DNA from: Thiotrichales bacterium
GTDB taxonomy: Bacteria > Pseudomonadota > Gammaproteobacteria > Francisellales > CACEW01
DNA: 64,000 nt
Reading direction: 5' to 3'
Assembly: GCA_947478175.1 (NCBI GenBank)
Contig: CANJUQ010000008.1
Span: 4,761 to 68,760, forward strand
The notes beneath the pieces were generated by a model, which worked only from the letters and a program-made list of their open reading frames with translations, did no database searches and had not been told where the DNA came from. Positions 28,116-36,428 of the stretch are shown in pieces; the stretch's first letter is position 1, and each line of letters opens with the position of its first letter. A program made the position numbers and the translations under genes.

Positions 28116-28258
28116 TTGGCTTATATTTTTATATTAAGCATTAAATATATTTTTAAATCTGCTGGAAATAAGTTGACCCAATAATCAATATTCTTAAAAT
28201 CGTCCCCGGTTTTCTAACAAACCAAAATTTAACTAATAAAAATTACCGAGGGATCACG

Positions 28259-28993
28259 ATGAAATTATCTAATCTTTTAGTTGCAGCCGCTGCACTCTCT
28301 TCTTTATCAGCTTTATCCACCGCTGCTTTCGCAGACGACGTTACTTCCACTAACAATAGCCAAATCTATGTTGGTGCTGAAGGTGGTTTAGCCGATGCTG
28401 GTTTTGACTTAGACAAGTTTTACAAAAGCTATATTCCAAGCGATTTAACTGGAACCGATTTGACCAGCGTTTCCTACAAACGCAAAAGCTACAACCTTTA
28501 TGGCAACTTGCATGTAGGCATGTTGTTCCCAGTCGCCGATGATATTTCTGTTGGCGGTCAATTGGGTTATGACAAATTTGGCAACCAACAAGTTAAATTG
28601 TCTGCCACCAATTATTCCAATGTTTCTGACAGCTCCAAAGAATCAGAAAAAATCTCTGACTTGAATGCTGAATTAGTCGTTCAAGGCGTTTACAACAAAT
28701 TCTTCGGTAACGTCCATGGCGGTATGGGTTATTTCATGATTGATAATTCTGGCGAAGTTAAAAACTTCTCCTCAGGCGTTGTTCCTGCTTCTGCAGCTAA
28801 CACCACTGGCGCACCTCAAAACAAAAACAGCTTGCGTCCAATCGCTGGCGTTGAATTTGGCTACAGCTTTACTGACCACGTTCAAGGGTATGTTGATTAC
28901 AACCATGTGTTTGGAACCAACACACACGGCGACTTCAGCAACAAAGTACCTAACATCAATACCTTGGGTGTTGGCGTTAACTACGTGTTCTAA
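28259..28993 (+). CDS. outer-membrane beta-barrel protein, paralog of 27390-28049
   Basis: Has a signal peptide ending AFA, the shared motifs GGQLGY and HVFGTN, and a terminal YVF. Confidence 0.75.
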   Translation: MKLSNLLVAAAALSSLSALSTAAFADDVTSTNNSQIYVGAEGGLADAGFDLDKFYKSYIPSDLTGTDLTSVSYKRKSYNLYGNLHVGMLFPVADDISVGGQLGYDKFGNQQVKLSATNYSNVSDSSKESEKISDLNAELVVQGVYNKFFGNVHGGMGYFMIDNSGEVKNFSSGVVPASAANTTGAPQNKNSLRPIAGVEFGYSFTDHVQGYVDYNHVFGTNTHGDFSNKVPNINTLGVGVNYVF

Positions 28994-29024
28994 GCTTAAA
29001 TTCTAAGTTTTAAGTTTTTTAAAA

Positions 29025-29052
29025 AGCCCCACCCTGATGGGGCTTTTTTTTT
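29025..29052 (+). terminator. rho-independent terminator
   Basis: AGCCCCA-ccctga-TGGGGCT followed by T8. Confidence 0.78.
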
Positions 29053-29113
29053 GAATTTACCCCAGACCTTCTGTAGCCTTCCCTTCTTTTCAAAACACAG
29101 CTATTGGCCATTT

Positions 29114-30262
29114 ATGCTCCCCCTCTCACTCTATATTCATTTCCCCTGGTGCGTCCAAAAATGTCCGTACTGTGACTTTAATTCCCATGCCATTAAAAAT
29201 TCTGGCGTCCCCGAAGAAATTTATATCGACCGATTGATCTTAGATTTTGAACAAGATTTACCACTTATCTTGGACAGAGATCGCCCTCTGATTTCTATTT
29301 TTATGGGTGGTGGTACGCCCAGCTTATTTTCCCCAAAGGCTTTATCAAGATTATTAAAACATATTGAATCCAGACTGAAATTTTCTAGCACCATAGAAAT
29401 CACGCTGGAAGCCAATCCAGGGACTATCGAGCGCGGAAAATTTCAAGAATATTTTGATATCGGAATCAACAGGATTTCTTTGGGCGTCCAAAGTTTTAAT
29501 AATAACCATCTTAAAAAATTAGGCCGTATCCATGGATCAATGGAAGCCTGCCGAGCCATCGAAGAAATTTACCAGGCTGGGTTTAATACTTTTAATTTAG
29601 ACCTCATGCATGGTTTACCTAATCAAACCCCCGAAGAAGCTTTTGAAGATTTAAAACAGGCATTAAGTTTTGATCCACCGCATCTTTCTTGGTATCAGCT
29701 AACTCTGGAACCTAATACTTTGTTTTATGCCAAACCGCCTGTTTTACCATCAGAAGAAATATTAGAAATCATTGAAACTAAGGGTCTAGATTTATTAAAA
29801 AATAAAAATTTAACTCGCTATGAAATCTCAGCTTATTCAAAACAAAATCATGAAAGCCAACACAATAAAAATTACTGGGAATTCGGCGATTATTTGGGCA
29901 TTGGCGCAGGGGCTCATGGAAAGCTTTCAGATCCTATTAAACAAATTATTGTAAGAACCACTAAGAAAAAACACCCAAAAGATTATTTAGAGTGCTCTCA
30001 AAATTTGCTTCAAGAATCTCGAGAAATTCCAGAATCTGAAAGACCGTTTGAGTTTTTATTAAACACTCTGAGATTAATAAACGGCGTTGAAAATAATTTA
30101 TTTTTACCCCGAACTTTTTTGCCCATTCAAACTATTTCAAACCCAATCAATCTATTACGAGAACAAGGGCTAATTCAGCCGGATAAACTAGCTACAACGC
30201 CCTTGGGACTTAGATATTTAAATAGTGTTCTGGAGAAGTTTTTGTCTTTAAGTAAGGACTAG
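29114..30262 (+). CDS. hemW: radical SAM heme chaperone HemW (HemN-like, YggW family)
   Basis: LSLYIHFPWCVQKCPYCDF carries the CX3CX2C radical SAM cluster motif. The HemN_C-like C-terminus is present. Start at ATG 29114. Confidence 0.88.
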   Translation: MLPLSLYIHFPWCVQKCPYCDFNSHAIKNSGVPEEIYIDRLILDFEQDLPLILDRDRPLISIFMGGGTPSLFSPKALSRLLKHIESRLKFSSTIEITLEANPGTIERGKFQEYFDIGINRISLGVQSFNNNHLKKLGRIHGSMEACRAIEEIYQAGFNTFNLDLMHGLPNQTPEEAFEDLKQALSFDPPHLSWYQLTLEPNTLFYAKPPVLPSEEILEIIETKGLDLLKNKNLTRYEISAYSKQNHESQHNKNYWEFGDYLGIGAGAHGKLSDPIKQIIVRTTKKKHPKDYLECSQNLLQESREIPESERPFEFLLNTLRLINGVENNLFLPRTFLPIQTISNPINLLREQGLIQPDKLATTPLGLRYLNSVLEKFLSLSKD

Positions 30263-30288
30263 AAAAAACTTGATACCTATACACGCAA

Positions 30289-30318
30289 ATGCTAGCATAT
30301 TTAATAATTTGCTAGCAT
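30289..30318. promoter_or_regulatory. two TGCTAGCA palindromes 20 bp apart, probable vapBC operator
   Basis: ATGCTAGCAT at 30289-30298 and TGCTAGCA at 30310-30317, just upstream of the antitoxin ATG at 30339. A TTGATA hexamer sits at 30270. Confidence 0.45.
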
Positions 30319-30338
30319 TTATTAAAACAGAAAACAAA

Positions 30339-30575
30339 ATGGCTAATCTCAGCATTAGAAAACTTAATGACAACATTTATCAAAAACTAAGATCTAGAGC
30401 CATCTCTCACAAAGTATCCATGGAAGAAGAAGCTCGGCAAATCTTATCTAAAGCCATTGATGACGATCTCAGTATTTTTGATGTTTTTTCAAAATATTTT
30501 GGTCAAAAAAACGGTGTTGACCTGATATTACCGCCTCAAAATACCCCCCATAGCCCCATTAATTTTTCTGAGTAA
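30339..30575 (+). CDS. vapB: ribbon-helix-helix antitoxin (FitA/VapB-like)
   Basis: MANLSIRKLNDNIYQKLRSRAISHKVSMEEEARQIL is a typical Arc/MetJ-type antitoxin N-terminus. It ends 7 nt before vapC. Confidence 0.72.
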   Translation: MANLSIRKLNDNIYQKLRSRAISHKVSMEEEARQILSKAIDDDLSIFDVFSKYFGQKNGVDLILPPQNTPHSPINFSE

Positions 30576-30582
30576 TTTTCTC

Positions 30583-31020
30583 ATGATCATCCTAGATACC
30601 AATGTCATCTCTGAACTAATGAAAGAAACTCCGAATCCTTTAGTCATCCAATGGATTAAGACCCAAGAAAAATCCAACATTGCGATCACAACTATCACCA
30701 TTGCCGAAATTACTTACGGTCTTCAAGCACTTCCCTCAGGGTTGCGCCAACGGACTCTTGAAAATGCTTTTCAAAAAACCATTGAGCTTTTGTTCTCAGA
30801 AAGAATGCTAGGTTTTGACCAGAAAGCGGCTGAAATTTATGGACACCTCATGGCTCATAGAAAAAAAATGGGGTCCCCCATGGGCATTTGCGACGGCCAA
30901 ATTGCAGCCATCGCTTTGGCGCATCAAACGGACCTTGCAACACGCAATGTCCGAGATTTTATTGAATGCCACTTAGAAATGATTAACCCGTTCTCAGACT
31001 GCTCAAAAAACTCTGAATAA
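30583..31020 (+). CDS. vapC: PIN-domain toxin VapC/FitB
   Basis: Has MIILDTNVISELMK...DGQIAAIA...LATRNVRDF with the PIN acidic residues. Confidence 0.88.
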   Translation: MIILDTNVISELMKETPNPLVIQWIKTQEKSNIAITTITIAEITYGLQALPSGLRQRTLENAFQKTIELLFSERMLGFDQKAAEIYGHLMAHRKKMGSPMGICDGQIAAIALAHQTDLATRNVRDFIECHLEMINPFSDCSKNSE

Positions 31021-32062
31021 TCTGATAATGATCATCATGCATTTGATCTTCGATTTGATTTAACTCAGACAATTTCCACCATTGGGCTAATAAAGCATCA
31101 TCATTGGCTTTGACCTCAGGGCATTCAGATAGTTCTAAATTAATTAATCCGGCATGGGTAATCACCCGGCCTACTTGGCAGCGCTCGGGGTGATCAAATA
31201 ATTTCATTTGGACTAATGATTGTTTTAATAAAAACGGCGAAATCTTAATTTGAGTTTCTTCTATTAATTCTCGAAACAAACCTTGCTCTGTTCTTTCTGT
31301 CACTTCTAGAAATCCACCCGGTGTCGCCCATAAATTTTTACCGGGCGGGTACTTTCTTTTGACTAACAAAATATGCTCTTGGCAAATCACCACAGCGTCT
31401 GTTGTCACAAAAATTGGCGGATAGGGGGTATGTGCCCAGGCTTTTTTGTAATTTAAAATTAAATCATATTCTTCTTGGAGTCTTAGATATTCAGGCCGTG
31501 TTTGAGCATTTTCTAAATAATTTTTTAAAAATAATTGTGTAGGTTTTGGCAGAGAATCTAAATCTGTCCGACCGTCTATAAAATAAATCTGACGAATGCC
31601 CGTACTGTTTAGATTTTTAAAATTAGAAATAAAAATCCGACCGTACTCTGGGAATAATTTTAAGTAATAAGTTGAGTGATCTTTCTCAAAACCCACGATG
31701 GCGACTGATTGGCCTGATTTTAAATTTTTATGAATAGAATTTTTGACATCCTGTATCCAAAGTAAATCGTCATAGAGATAATCTTTTAAGCCCTCGAAAA
31801 AAATACGACTAGATAAATTTGTCTGATGTTCTTGATCATAAGTTTTTAGATTATTTTTTAATAAATCTAATCTTTCTTCATAGATCCAAGGATTTCGAAT
31901 ATTGCGCGCACGATGGGCCGAGCCAATCAAAATTAATAATTTCTCACAAGATTTCAGCGCTTCAACAATGGAATACAAATGTCCCAGATGAAACGGCTGA
32001 AAGCGGCCAATAAAAACCCCCAGATCAAAATTATATTTTTTTGAATTCTTGAGATCGCTCAT
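30983..32062 (-). CDS. nadM: bifunctional NMN adenylyltransferase / Nudix hydrolase
   Basis: Has the N-terminal nucleotidyltransferase motif GRFQPFHLGH and the C-terminal Nudix box GGFLEVTERTEQGLFRELIEET. Start at ATG 32062. Confidence 0.85.
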   Translation of the reverse strand: MSDLKNSKKYNFDLGVFIGRFQPFHLGHLYSIVEALKSCEKLLILIGSAHRARNIRNPWIYEERLDLLKNNLKTYDQEHQTNLSSRIFFEGLKDYLYDDLLWIQDVKNSIHKNLKSGQSVAIVGFEKDHSTYYLKLFPEYGRIFISNFKNLNSTGIRQIYFIDGRTDLDSLPKPTQLFLKNYLENAQTRPEYLRLQEEYDLILNYKKAWAHTPYPPIFVTTDAVVICQEHILLVKRKYPPGKNLWATPGGFLEVTERTEQGLFRELIEETQIKISPFLLKQSLVQMKLFDHPERCQVGRVITHAGLINLELSECPEVKANDDALLAQWWKLSELNQIEDQMHDDHYQIIQSFLSSLRTG

Positions 32063-32159
32063 GGATAACACCCCCTGTTTTAGACCCATAAATAAAAGAT
32101 CGGCATGATATCAGACTCTAATCTAATCTTGACTTCCCGCTTACCAACTCTTAGCTTCC

Positions 32160-32345
32160 CACCTGCCGCCTGCGGGGTTCGATTGTTGAGATGATCTCGA
32201 GCTAATACTTTAAAACCTCGGGGTTCAGCCAAGTTTCAGGAGTGCATGCCAGCTTTAAGCCGGAAGCCCGAAGAAACTTTTAGAATCCCACCTAGTCCTC
32301 CCAGTTCGAGGATACGAAACATAGGCCTGGCGGGCGGCACTTCTT
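32160..32345 (+). ncRNA. ssrS: 6S RNA
   Basis: About 185-nt non-coding stretch immediately upstream of the 5-formyl-THF cyclo-ligase gene, which is the conserved ssrS-ygfA synteny. The 5' UGCCGCCUGC can pair with the 3' GCGGGCGGCA. The internal GAGUGCAUGC...GAAGCC and the 3' GGCGGCAC resemble E. coli 6S RNA. A possible promoter is TTGACT (32129) with TAGCTT (32152). The ends are approximate. Confidence 0.7.
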
Positions 32346-32370
32346 TTGTTTTTATCTTAAAGAGATTGTT

Positions 32371-32943
32371 TTGAACAAAAACCAGCTTCGTGAAATCTTA
32401 AAAACCAAACGCCAAGCGCTTTCTGATCAAGATTTAAAAAACTCAGCTCAAGCCATCATGAAAATTCTTTTAGAATCTGATTATTGGCAAAAAAAACAAA
32501 ATCAAATTCAAACTATCGCTGTTTATCAAGCTATTCAGGGCGAACTCTCTTTAGAACCCCTGATTAAAAAATTTTGGGAATTTAATAAAAAAATCTATTT
32601 ACCCGTGATTAGCCCTAACTCAAAAATTTTAAAATTCGCACGTTATTTACCTAATACAGCTTTTCAGAAAAATTCTTTTGGCATCCCTGAACCCCTTTCT
32701 CAAGAATTTTTAGCGCCAGAAAATTTAAATTTAGTTTTAACGCCACTATTGGCTTTTGACACTCAAGGCCATCGATTGGGGATGGGTGGCGGTTATTACG
32801 ATGCGACTTTTGCTCAAAAATCATCTCAGACGGATTTAATTGGCTGCGCTTATGAATTTCAGAAAATTAATCAGTTACCTTCAGAACCCTGGGATATCTT
32901 GCTTCAAGCCATTATCACCGAGCATTTTTTCATAGAGCCTTAA
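32371..32943 (+). CDS. ygfA: 5-formyltetrahydrofolate cyclo-ligase
   Basis: Has LGMGGGYYD and PWD motifs. TTG start. Lies downstream of the 6S RNA. Confidence 0.85.
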   Translation: MNKNQLREILKTKRQALSDQDLKNSAQAIMKILLESDYWQKKQNQIQTIAVYQAIQGELSLEPLIKKFWEFNKKIYLPVISPNSKILKFARYLPNTAFQKNSFGIPEPLSQEFLAPENLNLVLTPLLAFDTQGHRLGMGGGYYDATFAQKSSQTDLIGCAYEFQKINQLPSEPWDILLQAIITEHFFIEP

Positions 32944-32993
32944 TATTCATCAGCTAAGTTTATCAGCATGAATTTTTCTACTGGTATAACACT

Positions 32994-33779
32994 ATGTTTA
33001 ATACGCCCTATGATCTGTACCACTTTATTCACAGACTTAAAAGAGAAGCTGATGACCTAACTAGTCGTCCTGGCCTAGCAGGTGCCACTCTTTTTGAAAA
33101 TTATCAAAAAATATTGGAACTATTTCTATCTTTTGAAACACGTCACTCAGCCTTATTAAAATCCCCCTCTCTTTTTGAGGGAATCAACTTAGGCCGCACG
33201 GCTAAAGATCAAATTGATACAGCCTGGCATGTGTTTTTTGAAAATAAAACAGTCACTAAAGCTAGATTTTTTCGAAAAGATATTACCTATGAATTTAAAA
33301 CGATTGCTCACCCATTCGATCTATTTGCTGCCACACGGCTTTATCTGCTCTTGGAAGGCACTATGGGCTTTGGGACACCCCTTGAAAAAAATAACCTGCT
33401 TAAAGATATCCCAGATCTCCTATTGAATCGGCTAGTCAAATCAGTCCATCACAAACATGATCGCATTGAAAAAGCCCTTACAGAACATGCGTTTTGCAAA
33501 AGCCGCGCTGAAGTGCGTGAATATCTTGCGACGATCCAACAACTCAAAACAGCTTTCTCGAAGGGCGAAGCAGCACCAGCAGGACACGGTTCAATTTTTT
33601 TCGACATCATAGAAATAGATTCCTTCAGCTCACCCGTTGGCTTTTCGCCTGTTTCTTCCACCCCCATGTACACAGCAACAACAGCACTCACAGCCGTCGC
33701 TTCAGTAGATGCAGTGGCAACAGAAGACCCTCCGTTTGTCTGTGGTGGTTCCGGAGGTGGTAGTTCTGGCCTTGGTTAA
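32994..33779 (+). CDS. hypothetical protein (261 aa) with Ser/Thr/Ala/Gly-rich C-terminus
   Basis: Long ATG ORF with no recognisable motif. Convergent with the MATE-like gene. Confidence 0.5.
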   Translation: MFNTPYDLYHFIHRLKREADDLTSRPGLAGATLFENYQKILELFLSFETRHSALLKSPSLFEGINLGRTAKDQIDTAWHVFFENKTVTKARFFRKDITYEFKTIAHPFDLFAATRLYLLLEGTMGFGTPLEKNNLLKDIPDLLLNRLVKSVHHKHDRIEKALTEHAFCKSRAEVREYLATIQQLKTAFSKGEAAPAGHGSIFFDIIEIDSFSSPVGFSPVSSTPMYTATTALTAVASVDAVATEDPPFVCGGSGGGSSGLG

Positions 33780-33789
33780 TTCCAGCTAT

Positions 33790-35913
33790 TTACAATACTG
33801 ATGGGTACACACCTGAAGCTGATACTGGGCTAACTGGTGCTGGTACTGGTGTTGAACTTCTTCTGTCTGGAGGAATGCCTAAGCCTTCTTCGATGTTCGT
33901 TCCATCTTGAAGTTCGAAATACTCATCACCTGATGGCGTGCGGAATGTAGTGCTGCCAGAGAGCACTCCCGATGCTGCACGGTGTTGCTCTTGAGGTACA
34001 ACGCCTACACCGCCGTATTGGCCTCCGTTTCCGAAAGATTGGAGTCTATGCCGACGATTGAAACATGCGGCTATTCTCGTACAAGGCTTAGATTCTTGCG
34101 GAAGATCAGTGCTTTGATAATTAGCTCGGAACCAAAGTGCTAAACACAAACTTCCTGCAACGGCATTTCCAACAATACCCCCTATCGCGACGCCATAAGG
34201 ACTGTGCATTACCTTGACGCCCAGCTCATAAGAAAGAAGGAGTCCGACCAGCCCCATTCCAAACAGGCTGGCGAACATGGGATTAAGGGTTACTTTAGTT
34301 AACCCCTGATACGCACTCGCCGCCCCGTAACGAAGACCATCGAAGACCTGTCCTACAACCACTAAACTCATAATGGGCAGCAACCAATCATGAACAAAAG
34401 GACTGCTCAAGGCTTCAGCGCCTAAAAATAATTGAGCCACTGGGTTAGCAATAAAAGGCGTGATGCCACACCAAGCAACTGCCCAGATCAACGAAAGCAT
34501 CATGCTGATGTTCCCCAGACGATACGCAGCAGAAAAATCTTTAGCCCCTACCATAGTTCCTATTAATTGAACCCCGGCATTCCCAAAACTCTGCGTCACG
34601 GTAAAAACCAAATTACTCACTGTACTCACAGCACTTGCGACTGTGACAGCGTCTTTGTTAATCCAACTATAAAAACCGGTACCAAAAAAAGCAGAAGACC
34701 ATTCAACGCCTAAGCGTCCAATCAAAGGAAGGCCTGTGCATAAAAACTCTTTCATCATGGAACCTGGAGGGAGTTTGTAACTTAAATCTTCCCGCTCCTT
34801 GGAAATTAAAAATTGACGAAGCTCATCAACCTCTGAAGAGGACAACATCAGTGTTTTAAAATCAGCGATGGGGAGTACGTTATTCCCTTCTTGTACGTCA
34901 ACATGAATGCTACTCACTCCCATGTTCACTGGATTCACTGGGCTCTCTGAGTCCACTTCCTGCTCCATTATCTCGGAAAAAATGCTTTTTAGGCTCTTTG
35001 TTTTTAAATCCTGTTGTGATTCCCTCAGAAAGTCCTGCAAGGCCGAAAAATCCCTTGATTCAAATTTTGAAAATGGGAATTTTAAAAATTCACTCCTTAA
35101 TTTACGACTTTTAGCGTCTTCAAGTTTAAATCGAAAAAGACCTGAGAGTTTTATTTCCCCAACATTTAAGTCCTTCCCAGAGACTTTTAAAACGGGTGGG
35201 GTTTTCTTAAATGCAATAAGCAGACTAAAAGCAATCGCGTTAAACCAAATACGAACTGCCCCTGCAATCGCTAACCCTTCAAGGCCTAGCTCAGGGAGGC
35301 CCATTTTGCCCATGCTCAAACCATAACTAAAAAACCACACCAAAGGCACGCTGCTAAGATTAAGCGCCGTCACCCAACCCCTTTGGTTAAACAAATTCAA
35401 ATAAGGCCGAACTACTGCCCCATAAGCAAAAGCAGGCACACTGACAAGGTACCAACGCAAAAATTTTTGAGTCATTGAAGTAATGAGCTTATTTTCATGA
35501 AAAATATTTTCCAGGGCAAATCCTGAAAAATAAAAAGCTGCCACGGTGATGGCAGCAGAAACAAAGGCGTAATAAAGTCCTTGCCGCCCCATACGAAAAA
35601 CGGCCTCTCGGGCCGTTTTCTTATCTTTTTCTGCTTGGGCCGCATGGATGGCCCCTAGCTTCTCGCCCATCAGGCCGTATAAGGCATTCATCGGCGCTGA
35701 CAAAGCAGTCTGCGATAACTTATAAGTCATCACCCACTGATTGGCCGTTAACTCGTCCGGTCCCAAATGAGCCATATAGATCTGAGTTATTATGTCAGTC
35801 GCTGTTGACGCCAACATGCCCGCTACAATAGGCATTGCAGTCTTGATAACTCCACAGGTTTCCCCCCATCTGGAACTTTGTAAAACGGTTTGAGTAACGC
35901 TAGCCCCTGACAT
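33790..35913 (-). CDS. MATE/MOP-superfamily-like polytopic membrane protein with central insertion and C-terminal tail (paralog 1)
   Basis: 12-TM layout. The N-terminal pattern IKTAMPIVAGMLASTATDIITQIYMAHLGPDELTANQ resembles MATE transporters. AGGAGA lies before the ATG. Confidence 0.68.
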   Translation of the reverse strand: MSGASVTQTVLQSSRWGETCGVIKTAMPIVAGMLASTATDIITQIYMAHLGPDELTANQWVMTYKLSQTALSAPMNALYGLMGEKLGAIHAAQAEKDKKTAREAVFRMGRQGLYYAFVSAAITVAAFYFSGFALENIFHENKLITSMTQKFLRWYLVSVPAFAYGAVVRPYLNLFNQRGWVTALNLSSVPLVWFFSYGLSMGKMGLPELGLEGLAIAGAVRIWFNAIAFSLLIAFKKTPPVLKVSGKDLNVGEIKLSGLFRFKLEDAKSRKLRSEFLKFPFSKFESRDFSALQDFLRESQQDLKTKSLKSIFSEIMEQEVDSESPVNPVNMGVSSIHVDVQEGNNVLPIADFKTLMLSSSEVDELRQFLISKEREDLSYKLPPGSMMKEFLCTGLPLIGRLGVEWSSAFFGTGFYSWINKDAVTVASAVSTVSNLVFTVTQSFGNAGVQLIGTMVGAKDFSAAYRLGNISMMLSLIWAVAWCGITPFIANPVAQLFLGAEALSSPFVHDWLLPIMSLVVVGQVFDGLRYGAASAYQGLTKVTLNPMFASLFGMGLVGLLLSYELGVKVMHSPYGVAIGGIVGNAVAGSLCLALWFRANYQSTDLPQESKPCTRIAACFNRRHRLQSFGNGGQYGGVGVVPQEQHRAASGVLSGSTTFRTPSGDEYFELQDGTNIEEGLGIPPDRRSSTPVPAPVSPVSASGVYPSVL

Positions 35914-36043
35914 ACGACTTTTCTCCTGTTATTTTTTAACCCATTAGAAAATACCGCGCAAAGTACTATAAAAACATCAAAGAAAGAACGCTAAAAGATA
36001 ACAACTAAAAAATAATAAATTTAAATCAAGCGTGTTTTATGTT

Positions 36044-36378
36044 TTTATTTTTTCACATACGGGACATAGCCCGGTTGCCAAATTTTGGCATCAATCGCCG
36101 CAATGACTTCTTGTTCAAACATCGGTTTCGTTAAACCTGATCTCACTGCTTCCAAAGCCACATCTATCGCCACTTGGCATGAGACAGACCTAATTTGATC
36201 TAACGGCGGTAGTAAATTTTCTTCTGTGAATAATCCTGGTTGGCCTGAAACACCTAAATAAAACGGTCGGTTTTAAATTTTTAACCACATCGTAAAAATT
36301 AATGACCCCAGGCTGACGCAATGTCCAATTTTGATAAACCGCTTTTTTCTGAGCGAATGGAGCTTGAAAAGACAACAG
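36044..36378 (-). pseudogene. malic enzyme (maeA) 3' fragment with internal deletion and frameshift
   Basis: Nucleotide-level match to 38960-39147 plus 39469-39618 of the intact maeA. Track ORF 36190-36375 reads SFQAPFAQKKAVYQNW..INFYDV, matching maeA SFQAPFAQKKSAYQNW..INFYDV, and then loses frame. Confidence 0.85.
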
Positions 36379-36428
36379 AATATCTTGCAGTGCTCAGGAA
36401 AACCAGAACAACTGGCCTAACAACTAAC

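Noticed and set aside
34907-35326. 139-aa ORF on the + strand
   Set aside because: It is antisense to MATE-like paralog 1. The paralog comparison supports the minus-strand frame.
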